A stretch of DNA of 64,000 bases, from assembly GCA_902606835.1 (NCBI GenBank), contig CACLHW010000004.1, forward strand, positions 12,676 to 76,675. Direction: 5' to 3'. Made by a program: the position numbers and the translations under genes. Positions 36,498 through 45,624 of this stretch are shown in pieces (the first letter of the stretch is position 1; every line of letters begins with the position of its first letter). The notes beneath the pieces are model-generated. The model saw only the letters and a program-made list of their open reading frames with translations. It did no database searches and was not told the origin of the DNA. This DNA comes from an uncultured Pelagibacteraceae bacterium. GTDB taxonomy: Bacteria > Pseudomonadota > Alphaproteobacteria > Pelagibacterales > Pelagibacteraceae.

Positions 36498-37327
36498 TAG
36501 AAAACTTAGGGCAAAATCAAATTATTTTTATTATTGTAGCGATGGCACTATCAGCTGTGCCAGTTGGATTTATGGCTGGATTGTTTGGAATAGGAGGGGG
36601 GCTAATTACCGTTCCTGTTCTTTTTTATATTTTTAATTCAGTTGGATTAGATCAAACTTTTATTATGCATTTATCTATAGGCACATCATTTGCAATAATA
36701 ATTCCGACTTCGATTTCATCCGTGATAACTCATATGAAATATAAAGCTGTAGATTTTAATGTTGTAAAAACTTTCGGAGTTTTTGTTATCTTGGGAGTTA
36801 TTTCAGGAACTTTATTCGCTGCTAACTTAAAAACTGGTGGGTTAATCTTGTTTTTTTCTATTATGACTTTTATTTTTTCATTATTTTTCTTAATTTTAAA
36901 GGAAAAACCTAATCCAATTAAAAGAGAAATCAATTTATTAATTAAAATTTTATCTGGTTTTACCTCAGGATTTTTATCTGCACCAATGGGTATTGGTGGG
37001 GGTATAATTAATACACCAATATTAAAAATGTTTGGCTATCCAATAAATGTAGCCATTGGCTGTTCAGCAGCTTTTGGTTTTTTGATTTCATTATTTGGTG
37101 CAATTGGTTTTATTATTTCAGGCCAATATCTTGATATAGAGGCTCCTTTAAGCATAGGATTTGTTAATATACCAGCTTTTTTAATATTTGTTCCTATAAC
37201 AACATTTATGGCAAAAGTTGGAGCAAAAACGGTTCATAAAGTTAACAAAAAAATTATTGGAAAATTGTTTGGGATTTTTCTTTTGTTGGTTTCTCTAAGA
37301 TTATTTTTTGAATACTATTCCTTTTAA
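36494..37327 (+). CDS. TauE/SafE-family (DUF81) membrane protein, second copy
   Basis: 277 aa, polytopic, with GIGGGLITVP and GIGGGIINTP repeats. It has an ATGA overlap with dusA. Confidence 0.8.
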   Translation: MIENLGQNQIIFIIVAMALSAVPVGFMAGLFGIGGGLITVPVLFYIFNSVGLDQTFIMHLSIGTSFAIIIPTSISSVITHMKYKAVDFNVVKTFGVFVILGVISGTLFAANLKTGGLILFFSIMTFIFSLFFLILKEKPNPIKREINLLIKILSGFTSGFLSAPMGIGGGIINTPILKMFGYPINVAIGCSAAFGFLISLFGAIGFIISGQYLDIEAPLSIGFVNIPAFLIFVPITTFMAKVGAKTVHKVNKKIIGKLFGIFLLLVSLRLFFEYYSF

Positions 37328-38778
37328 ATTTTTTGGTCGTAATCACCAACTTTACCAGTTTCTTTTAAAAGTTTATCAATAAATTCAAATATTTTCTTTT
37401 TTCTATCATCTGAAGTAGGGCTCTCCGTTACTACTACTAAAGAAGGTTTGTTAGAAGAAGCTCTAATTAATCCCCAAGAACCATCTTCTAAGGAAAAACG
37501 TATTCCATTTACTGTTAAAATATTAATAATTTTTTTTTCATCTATTCTTATATTTTTATTTTTAAGATTTTCTATTTTTTTAACAAGTTTAGCAACAACG
37601 TCATATTTTTCTTCATCTTTACAAAAAGGAGCCATGGTAGGTGTTTGGTATGTTTTTGGCAGTTCGTTTATTAATTTTGAAATTTTTTCGTTTTGTTTAT
37701 CTAATAAATTACACACTTGAATTGCAGAATTTATACCATCATCATAACCATAACCTAGAGGTTTGTTAAAAAAGAAATGACCGCTTTTTTCAAATCCAGC
37801 TAAAGCTTTAATTTCATTAACTTTTCTTTTAATATGTGAATGCCCAGTTTTCCAATACACTGTTTTACATTTGTTTTCTAATAAAATTTTGTCTTTTTCA
37901 AACAATCCAGTTGATTTTACGTCCACAACAAATTTTTCATTTTTATACTTTGATGATAAATTTCTAGCTATTAACAATCCAATCTTATCTGAAAAAATTT
38001 CTCTTCCTTTATCATCAATTACTCCAACTCTATCTCCATCTCCATCGAAACCAAATCCAACATCAGCTTTATTTGCTTTTACAGTTTTACTTATTTCTTC
38101 AAGCATTTTTAAATCTTCGGGGTTAGGGTTATATTTAGGAAATGAATAATCAAGATTACAATCAAGTTCTATCACATCGCAACCAATTTCTCTTAAAATT
38201 TTTGGTGCAAATATACCAGCTGTTCCGTTTCCGCAAGCAACTACGACTTTAAGTCTTTTTTTAATTTTATTTTTTATTAAACTATTTATGTATATATCTT
38301 TAAAATTTTTAATTTCTTTATAAGATCCTTTTCCTTTTTTGAATTCTTTATTAATTACTATTTTTTTTAATTCATTCATTTCAACAGGTGAGTGCGTTAA
38401 TCCTTTTTCAATGCCCATTTTAATTCCCGTCCAACCATTTTCATTGTGACTTGCTGTGACCATAGCGACCGCATCTGCTTTAAGATTAAATTGAGCAAAG
38501 TATGCTGTTGGAGATAAAGCCAAACCTATATCTTCAATATTACATCCTGTTTCAAGTAAACCTTCTATAAGTTTTTGTTTTACTTCTTCACTATAGGATC
38601 TGTAGTCATGTCCCACTATTACTCTTGGAGAATTATTAGTTTTTGATATAACTTGTGTGCCAAAACCTTGACCTACATTTTTAATTCCTGCTTTATTTAT
38701 GTCTTTAGGATATAACCACCGAGCATCATACTCTCTAAAACCTAATGGATTTATATGAACATCTTCTGATAACGGCAT
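37324..38778 (-). CDS. Phosphomannomutase/phosphoglucomutase
   Basis: 484 aa with the active-site loop TASHNENGWTGIK and Mg site GFGFDGDGDRVG. Confidence 0.85.
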   Translation of the reverse strand: MPLSEDVHINPLGFREYDARWLYPKDINKAGIKNVGQGFGTQVISKTNNSPRVIVGHDYRSYSEEVKQKLIEGLLETGCNIEDIGLALSPTAYFAQFNLKADAVAMVTASHNENGWTGIKMGIEKGLTHSPVEMNELKKIVINKEFKKGKGSYKEIKNFKDIYINSLIKNKIKKRLKVVVACGNGTAGIFAPKILREIGCDVIELDCNLDYSFPKYNPNPEDLKMLEEISKTVKANKADVGFGFDGDGDRVGVIDDKGREIFSDKIGLLIARNLSSKYKNEKFVVDVKSTGLFEKDKILLENKCKTVYWKTGHSHIKRKVNEIKALAGFEKSGHFFFNKPLGYGYDDGINSAIQVCNLLDKQNEKISKLINELPKTYQTPTMAPFCKDEEKYDVVAKLVKKIENLKNKNIRIDEKKIINILTVNGIRFSLEDGSWGLIRASSNKPSLVVVTESPTSDDRKKKIFEFIDKLLKETGKVGDYDQKI

Positions 38779-38894
38779 AATCCTTTATGTAATATTTTTT
38801 CTTTTTTAGCAGTATTTATATTTTATCCTTGCTATTATTCATATGTTCATATAATGTTCTATTGATTTGTAAAAACATCTAGTATATCAAGACA

Positions 38895-38906
38895 TTGTGT
38901 ACACAA
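38895..38906. promoter_or_regulatory. Perfect 12-bp palindrome TTGTGTACACAA upstream of nrdA (candidate operator)
   Basis: I read it directly. It lies 44 nt upstream of the nrdA ATG and is immediately followed by ACAAC-N5-GTTGT (38903-38917). Assignment to a regulator such as NrdR is unproven. Confidence 0.25.
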
Positions 38907-38949
38907 CATGTAGTTGTTTTTGCACAAAACTTTAATAAAAGAACGATTT

Positions 38950-40875
38950 ATGAATAAAAAACTGTCATTGGCTATAGAGAAAGCTGTCGAAAAAATTAGC
39001 CCACAGGATGATTTCTTAATTGAAAAAATAGGTAAAAAACCAGATCTTTTTTCACTAACTTCCCAGACGGAATTGTTTCAGAATGAAAAAGGTATAACTA
39101 TAAAAATTGACAGATCCAAAGACAACAAATTAACTGATTTTGGTAAAGCAACTTTAAGCGATAGATATTTAGGACAGAACGAGTCTTTCCAAGATTTGTT
39201 TGCTCGTGTCGCAAGCACATATGCTGATAATAATTTACATGCTCAAAGAATTTATAACTATATAAGTGATTTGTGGTTCATGCCTGCAACACCTATTTTA
39301 TCCAATGGTGGAACAGAAAGAGGATTGCCAATTTCATGCTTTTTGAATGAGGCGGGAGATAGTTTAGATGGAATTTTAGATTTGTGGAGTGAAAATGTTT
39401 GGTTAGCTGCAAAAGGAGGAGGAATTGGAAGTTATTGGGGAAATTTAAGATCTATTGGAGAAAAAATTGGAAGAGTTGGAAAAACCTCAGGAATAATTCC
39501 TTTTATTAAAGTAATGGATTCTCTAACTATGGCTATAAGTCAAGGATCTCTTCGTAGAGGTTCTGCTGCATGCTACCTTCCGATCGATCATCCAGAAATA
39601 GAAGAATTTATAGAGATGCGTAGGCCAACTGGTGGAGATCCCAATAGAAGATCATTAAATTTACATCATGGAGTTTTAGTTAGTGATGCATTTATGAGAG
39701 CAGTTGAAACAAATTCTGAATGGGCTCTCAAAAGTCCAAAAGATGGTGTTGTACAATCAACAGTTTCTGCGAGAAATTTATGGATAAGACTGTTAACAGC
39801 AAGAGTTGAAACAGGGGAACCATATATAATTTTTGTTGATACTGTAAATAGACTTATTCCCCAGCACCATAAATTAGCTGGACTTAATGTAAAAACATCT
39901 AATCTTTGCAGTGAGATAACATTACCTACAGGTATTGATAAAGATGGGAATGACCGAACAGCGGTATGCTGTTTGTCTTCTTTAAATTTAGAAACTTACA
40001 ACGAGTGGAAAGATCAACCAAATTTTATTGAAGATGTAATGAGATTTTTAGATAATGTTCTGGCAGATTTTATTAACAGAGCACCTGACTCATTTAAAGA
40101 TGCAAAATATTCAGCTATGAGGGAAAGAAGTGTAGGTTTAGGAGTTATGGGATTTCATTCCTTTTTACAAAAAAATTCTATACCGTTAGAATCTGTAATG
40201 AGCAAAGTTTGGAATGATAAAATTTTCAGACATATACAAACAAATGTGGATCAAGCTTCAAAAAAATTGGCTGAAGAGAGAGGACCTTGTCCGGATGCAG
40301 AAGAATATGGATTTGAGGAAAGATTTTCTAATAAAACAGCTATTGCTCCAACCGCTTCTATCTCTATAATTTGCGGAGGAGCGTCACCAGGAGTCGAACC
40401 AATAGCAGCAAATAGTTATACACATAAAACTCTTTCAGGTTCTTACAATGTAAGAAATAGATATCTAAAAGAAATTTTAGAAAAACACGGCAAAAATAAT
40501 GATGAGACTTGGTCTACAATTACTACTAACCAAGGTTCAGTTTCTCATTTAAATTTTTTAACAAAACATGAAAAAGAAGTGTTCAAAACTGCTTTTGAAT
40601 TAGATCAAAAATGGATAATTGAACTTGGAGCAGGAAGAACTCCTTACGTATCTCAAGCGCAGTCTATTAATATTTTCTTACCTGCAGATGTTCATAAAAA
40701 AGAATTACATCAGATACATTTTCAAGCATGGAAAAAAGGTTTAAAGAGTCTGTATTATTGTAGATCAAAATCAATACAGAGAGCAGAAAATATAAATAAT
40801 GAATTATCAACAACTGTGACAAAAAAAGAATCGAAAGAAGAACCAAATTACGAAGAATGTCTGTCATGTCAGTAG
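38950..40875 (+). CDS. nrdA: Class I ribonucleoside-diphosphate reductase alpha subunit, without an N-terminal ATP-cone
   Basis: Motifs are PISCFL, NLCSEI (catalytic Cys/Glu) and the C-terminal redox pair CLSCQ. I prefer the ATG at 38950 (MNKKLSL...); the track start is TTG at 38914. There is no KRDG-type ATP-cone motif in the N-terminus. Confidence 0.9.
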   Translation: MNKKLSLAIEKAVEKISPQDDFLIEKIGKKPDLFSLTSQTELFQNEKGITIKIDRSKDNKLTDFGKATLSDRYLGQNESFQDLFARVASTYADNNLHAQRIYNYISDLWFMPATPILSNGGTERGLPISCFLNEAGDSLDGILDLWSENVWLAAKGGGIGSYWGNLRSIGEKIGRVGKTSGIIPFIKVMDSLTMAISQGSLRRGSAACYLPIDHPEIEEFIEMRRPTGGDPNRRSLNLHHGVLVSDAFMRAVETNSEWALKSPKDGVVQSTVSARNLWIRLLTARVETGEPYIIFVDTVNRLIPQHHKLAGLNVKTSNLCSEITLPTGIDKDGNDRTAVCCLSSLNLETYNEWKDQPNFIEDVMRFLDNVLADFINRAPDSFKDAKYSAMRERSVGLGVMGFHSFLQKNSIPLESVMSKVWNDKIFRHIQTNVDQASKKLAEERGPCPDAEEYGFEERFSNKTAIAPTASISIICGGASPGVEPIAANSYTHKTLSGSYNVRNRYLKEILEKHGKNNDETWSTITTNQGSVSHLNFLTKHEKEVFKTAFELDQKWIIELGAGRTPYVSQAQSINIFLPADVHKKELHQIHFQAWKKGLKSLYYCRSKSIQRAENINNELSTTVTKKESKEEPNYEECLSCQ

Positions 40876-41807
40876 TTAAATTAGAAAAAAAGGGCGATAA
40901 AGTAGAAAAGTCAGGGTTACTAATCGGCAATCCAGTTTACAAACCATTTAGATACCCATGGTGTTACGACGCTTGGCTAACCCAACAAAGAATACATTGG
41001 TTACCTGAAGAAGTACCTTTAGGAGATGATGTTAGAGATTGGCAAAAAAATCTAAGCCAACCTGAAAAAAATTTACTTACACAAATTTTTAGATTTTTCA
41101 CACAAGCTGATGTTGAAGTTAGTAATTGTTACATTAGGCATTATATGAATGTTTTCAAACCTACAGAAGTTCTAATGATGATGTCATCATTTGCCTCGAT
41201 GGAGACTGTTCATATTGCAGCTTACTCACATTTACTAGATACGATTGGAATGCCAGAGGCTGAGTATTCAGCTTTTTTAAAATATAAAGAAATGAAAGAC
41301 AAATATGATTACATGCAGGGTTTTGATGTAAAATCAAATCATGATATTGCAAAAACAATAGCAGTTTTTAGTGGTTTTACAGAAGGCCTCCAATTATTTG
41401 CCAGTTTTGCAATTTTATTAAATTTTCCTAGGCAAAATAAAATGAAAGGTATGGGCCAAATTGTTACTTGGTCAGTTAGAGATGAAACTTTACATTGCAA
41501 TTCAATGATAAAGTTATTCAGAACTTTTATTGACGAAAATCCAAAAATTTGGACTGATAAATTAAAAAAAGAAATTTATGAAGCTTGTAGAACAATAATT
41601 TCACATGAAGATGCTTTTATTAACTTAGCATTTGAAATGGGACCGATTAATGGACTTACATCAGATCAAGTAAAACAATACATTCGATGGATTGGAAATA
41701 GAAGATTAGTTCAACTTGGACTTGAGCCAATATATCAAATTGATAAAAATCCTTTAACTTGGTTAGACACAATGTTGAATGCTGTTGAACACATGAATTT
41801 CTTCTAA
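40857..41807 (+). CDS. nrdB: Class I ribonucleotide reductase beta subunit, as annotated truncated by an in-frame TAA before the conserved C-terminal tail
   Basis: Metal and radical motifs are FFTQADVEV, SMETVHIAAYSHLL (ExxH...Y), FTEGLQLFASF and VRDETLH. The ORF stops after ...EHMNFF. The same frame stays open for 20 more codons (41808-41867). Confidence 0.85.
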   Translation: MSVMSVVKLEKKGDKVEKSGLLIGNPVYKPFRYPWCYDAWLTQQRIHWLPEEVPLGDDVRDWQKNLSQPEKNLLTQIFRFFTQADVEVSNCYIRHYMNVFKPTEVLMMMSSFASMETVHIAAYSHLLDTIGMPEAEYSAFLKYKEMKDKYDYMQGFDVKSNHDIAKTIAVFSGFTEGLQLFASFAILLNFPRQNKMKGMGQIVTWSVRDETLHCNSMIKLFRTFIDENPKIWTDKLKKEIYEACRTIISHEDAFINLAFEMGPINGLTSDQVKQYIRWIGNRRLVQLGLEPIYQIDKNPLTWLDTMLNAVEHMNFF

Positions 41808-41929
41808 GGTAGAGCAACAGAATATTCTAAAGCTTCAACTAAAGGTACTTGGGCGGAAGCTTTTTCATAATTTATTCACTTCCTTAAACATATATCTGCT
41901 AGTAAACTAATGCATTGAAAGGAGATGTT

Positions 41930-42253
41930 ATGGCAACATTTTATGCATTGGGTAATTACACTACTCAAGGATTTCAGGGTTTTATCAAAGATCCAAAATC
42001 AGATAGAGCAAAAGCAGCACAAGCTGCTGCGCAAGCTGTTGGAGCTAAATTAGTTTCTTATACAGGTTTAAGAGGACCTTATGATTTTTTAGCTGTATTC
42101 GAAGGTACTTTTGCACAAGGTGCAGGTATTAAGATGGCAACAGAAGCAAGCGGCGCTTTATGTAATATTGCAATCTGTGAAGCAATAGATATCAATGAAA
42201 TAGCAGCTAATGCTGCAAAAATTGCAGGGGCATACAAAGGTCCAGGAAAATAA
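41930..42253 (+). CDS. GYD-domain protein
   Basis: I prefer the ATG at 41930 (MATFYALGNYTTQG...), which is preceded by the SD AAAGGAG at 41918-41924. The family pattern ...TGLRGPYDFLAVFE is present. Confidence 0.65.
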   Translation: MATFYALGNYTTQGFQGFIKDPKSDRAKAAQAAAQAVGAKLVSYTGLRGPYDFLAVFEGTFAQGAGIKMATEASGALCNIAICEAIDINEIAANAAKIAGAYKGPGK

Positions 42254-42255
42254 TT

Positions 42256-43380
42256 TTATCTTTGGTTGAGAAGCATTACTTTACGGTGCTTCTCCCCACT
42301 GTATTTGGATAACGGTCTTATTAATTTATTAGCCGCATGTTGTTCCATAATATGCGCTGACCAACCTGTTATTCTTGATAGAACAAATATTGGAGTAAAA
42401 AAGTCAGTATCAAATCCCATCAAGTGATATGTGGGTCCAGTAGGAAAATCAACATTGGGATGGATATCTTTTCGTTCAATCATGACATTTTTAACTATCT
42501 CGTAAATTTTAAAAAATTTTTTATCGTTTTTTAATTTAGAAACCTTTTTAAAATATTTTTCCATTGTAGGAACTCTTGAATCACCTTTTTTATAAACCCT
42601 ATGACCAAAACCCATTACTACTTCTTTTTTATCAAGAGCATTATTTATCCATTTCAAGGCACTTTCAGGTTTTTTAATTTTATTCATCATATGCATTACT
42701 GCTTCATTAGCTCCACCATGCAAAGGACCTTTCAAACTTCCTATGGCACCAGTAATCGCGCTATGAATGTCTGACAAACTGCTTGTAATTGTTCTTGCAG
42801 TAAAAGTAGAAACATTAAAACTGTGCTCTGCATAAAGAATTAAAGAAACGTCAAAAGCATTAATAATTTCTTTATTGGGCATTTTTCCAAAGCACATATG
42901 AAAAAAATTTTCTGAAAAACTCAAACCTTGTTTTGGAGGTATGATTTTTTTGCCTCTTCTTGCTCGAAAAAAAGCAGCCATAGCGGTGGGAGTTTTTGCG
43001 AATATTCTTATTGCTTTTCTCATATTTGCTGCAGGAGAATTATTGCTTGTATCTTTATCTTCCAAACCCATTACACTAACAACTGTTCTTGCAACATCCA
43101 TTGGATGTGCCTTTTTAGGCATATGTTTTACGATTTCTCTAAGATTTATTGTAATATTTCTATTTTCATTTAGCTCTTTTTTAAATTTTTTTAAATTACT
43201 TTTATTTGGTAATTCTTTATTTAAAATTAAATAAGCTACTTCTTCAAAACTGCACTTTTCACATAGGTCTTGCACAGCATACCCTCTATAAGTTAACGAG
43301 TTTATATCTGGCATTACTTGAGAAACAGTTGTTTCGTCAACAACTATACCTAATAAACCTTTTTTTATATCTTCATTCAT
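42256..43380 (-). CDS. prpC: 2-methylcitrate synthase (citrate synthase family)
   Basis: 374 aa with the citrate synthase signature GFGHRVYKKGDSR. It lies directly downstream of prpB. Confidence 0.8.
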   Translation of the reverse strand: MNEDIKKGLLGIVVDETTVSQVMPDINSLTYRGYAVQDLCEKCSFEEVAYLILNKELPNKSNLKKFKKELNENRNITINLREIVKHMPKKAHPMDVARTVVSVMGLEDKDTSNNSPAANMRKAIRIFAKTPTAMAAFFRARRGKKIIPPKQGLSFSENFFHMCFGKMPNKEIINAFDVSLILYAEHSFNVSTFTARTITSSLSDIHSAITGAIGSLKGPLHGGANEAVMHMMNKIKKPESALKWINNALDKKEVVMGFGHRVYKKGDSRVPTMEKYFKKVSKLKNDKKFFKIYEIVKNVMIERKDIHPNVDFPTGPTYHLMGFDTDFFTPIFVLSRITGWSAHIMEQHAANKLIRPLSKYSGEKHRKVMLLNQR

Positions 43381-43383
43381 AAA

Positions 43384-44280
43384 TTATTCGTGCCCGTCAG
43401 TTTTAAAATCTGTAATTTTTTTATCTGGTTTATTATATTTTTCATACTCAACCAATTCATAAAGCCTTTTCCGAGTTTGCATTTTATCGATAATATTATT
43501 TTGATGTCCATCCTCAAAAATGACTTTTAACCCATCTTCCACATTTTTCATTGCTAGCCTTTGGGTTGTAACTGGATATATAACAATATTATAACCTAAA
43601 TTCTCAAGTTCATTGGCTGAGAGAAGCTTTGATTTACCAAACTCAGTCATATTAGCTAACAAACTTACTTTTGAAATTTTTCTAATTTTTTCAAATTCTT
43701 TTTCATCCTTCATGGCTTCTGGAAAAATAATATCAGCACCTGCATTTTCATAAGCTTTAATTCTTTCAATTGTTTTATTTAATCCTTCAACAGTATTGGC
43801 ATCAGTTCTGGCTATTATTAAAAAATTTTTGTCTTTTCTAGAATTTACACAGGTTTTAATTTTTTTTTCCATTTCTTTAGTTGATATAATTTCTTTATTA
43901 TCTAGATGACCGCATCTCTTTTCCTCAATTTGATCTTCAACATGGCAACCCGAAAGTCCCAAATTTTCAAAAGTCTCAATTGTTTTTTTACAATTTTTAA
44001 ATCCAGTATCCGCATCAACAATTGCAGGCAAATCTGATACTCTTGAAATTTGATTTGCTCTGTAGCTTACTTCTTTTAATGTAGTCAGGCCTATATCTGG
44101 AATACCCAAATCATTAGACATAACAGCTCCAGAAATATAAATACCATCAAAACCAATTTCAGTTATTAGTTTTGCAGTAAGAGGGTTGTAGGCCCCAGGA
44201 AATCTTAAAATTTTTTGTTTTTTTAGTTTATTTTTTAATTCAATTCTTTTTTCAGATGAATTTTTTTTTGTAAAGTGCAT
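43384..44280 (-). CDS. prpB: Methylisocitrate lyase
   Basis: 298 aa in the PEP mutase/isocitrate lyase superfamily, with VDADTGF and the EDQIEEKRCGHL catalytic loop. Confidence 0.85.
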   Translation of the reverse strand: MHFTKKNSSEKRIELKNKLKKQKILRFPGAYNPLTAKLITEIGFDGIYISGAVMSNDLGIPDIGLTTLKEVSYRANQISRVSDLPAIVDADTGFKNCKKTIETFENLGLSGCHVEDQIEEKRCGHLDNKEIISTKEMEKKIKTCVNSRKDKNFLIIARTDANTVEGLNKTIERIKAYENAGADIIFPEAMKDEKEFEKIRKISKVSLLANMTEFGKSKLLSANELENLGYNIVIYPVTTQRLAMKNVEDGLKVIFEDGHQNNIIDKMQTRKRLYELVEYEKYNKPDKKITDFKTDGHE

Positions 44281-44291
44281 ATCATAAATTA

Positions 44292-44891
44292 TTAATCTAT
44301 AACGATTATAACAGCTGTAATAACCAATAATAAAGCTAATAAATATTCTATTATTTTTTTAATTTTTCTATCTTTAATTATTAATTTAATTGAAGATCCA
44401 AAAAGTGCCCATATACAAATAGCAGGAATACAAACAAATGGTGCAGTTCCAGCTACAAATACAGTGGCTATAAGAAAATTTTCTTCACTAGGAAAAAATG
44501 CTGTCGCAGCAGTTAATGCTACAACCCAGGCTTTAGGATTTATAAATTGAAAAAGTGCTGCTTCATAAAATTTTAGAGGTCTGCCGCTTTCTTTATCGCT
44601 GTCAGATAAAGATCCAACAATTTTCCAACCTAAATAAAGTAGATAGAAAAAACAGAGCCATTTAAGATAAAGTTGTATAAATGGATATGTTTGAAATAAT
44701 GTACCAAGGCCAAAACAAACCAAGGTAATTTGAATAACATGTCCAAAAGGAATACCAAACATATGTGGCACAGTCCTTTTAAAACCAAATTTAATACCAG
44801 AGGCTGTTAACATAGCATTATTTGGTCCAGGTGTTGCAAACATTACAAAATAATAACTTATAAGAGCAAAAAAAAGTTTTATTTCAATCAT
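44292..44891 (-). CDS. LysE/RhtB-family amino acid exporter
   Basis: 199 aa with six hydrophobic segments and the ATPGPNNAMLTASG motif. Confidence 0.8.
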   Translation of the reverse strand: MIEIKLFFALISYYFVMFATPGPNNAMLTASGIKFGFKRTVPHMFGIPFGHVIQITLVCFGLGTLFQTYPFIQLYLKWLCFFYLLYLGWKIVGSLSDSDKESGRPLKFYEAALFQFINPKAWVVALTAATAFFPSEENFLIATVFVAGTAPFVCIPAICIWALFGSSIKLIIKDRKIKKIIEYLLALLLVITAVIIVID

Positions 44892-45553
44892 AAATATCTT
44901 TTAATAATTTTTTCTATTCCAATAAAATCTTTTATTAAATGATCATGGTATATTTCATTTGATTTTTTTTCTGTGTATCCGTCGTCAACTAGTATAAAAG
45001 GTATATTAGCAGCTTTTGAGGCGTTAGAATCAGTTTCGCTATCACCAATCATCAAAGTTTTTTTTATATTGCCACCTATAATCTCAATTGTATCTGTTAA
45101 ATGTCTAGGGTCAGGTTTATTATGATTAAAAGTATTTCCGCCTGCAACATAATCAAAAAAGTCATAAATTTTAATTTTTTTTAATAAATCAATAGATAAA
45201 TGTTCCTGCTTATTTGTGCAAATAGCCATAGAAATAGATTCTTTTTTACACCATCTTAAAAAATCTAAAGTTCCATTTTTTAAAGAACTTAGCTTATTAA
45301 TATTTTTACTGTAGTAATCAACAAACTCTTTTGTCATTTCTTCAATAATGTCATTATTCTTTTTTGTTTCTCCTTGCAAAGATTTAGTTAACATCACCTT
45401 AGACCCCTTACCAGCAAGTTTTTTTATATCTGATAATTTTTTTTCTTTATAACCATATTTTTTCATCACATAATTATGTGCATTCATTAAATCGGGAGCT
45501 GTATTAACTATCGTCCCATCTAAATCGAATAAAATTGTTAATTTTTGACTCAT
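44888..45553 (-). CDS. HAD-superfamily hydrolase (phosphoglycolate phosphatase-like)
   Basis: 221 aa with the FDLDGTIVNT motif I and MIGDSETD motif IV. Confidence 0.7.
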   Translation of the reverse strand: MSQKLTILFDLDGTIVNTAPDLMNAHNYVMKKYGYKEKKLSDIKKLAGKGSKVMLTKSLQGETKKNNDIIEEMTKEFVDYYSKNINKLSSLKNGTLDFLRWCKKESISMAICTNKQEHLSIDLLKKIKIYDFFDYVAGGNTFNHNKPDPRHLTDTIEIIGGNIKKTLMIGDSETDSNASKAANIPFILVDDGYTEKKSNEIYHDHLIKDFIGIEKIIKRYL

Positions 45554-45624
45554 TTAATTAAGTATTATTAAGAAATATTTTGTGAGTTATTACAAAGTTT
45601 ATATTAATGTAAAGAGAAATCTTG

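Noticed and set aside
38914-38949. TTG-initiated 12-codon N-terminal extension of nrdA (MFLHKTLIKERF)
   Set aside because: The ATG at 38950 gives a normal N-terminus. The extension would overlap the palindromic leader elements, so I did not adopt it, though it is not excluded.
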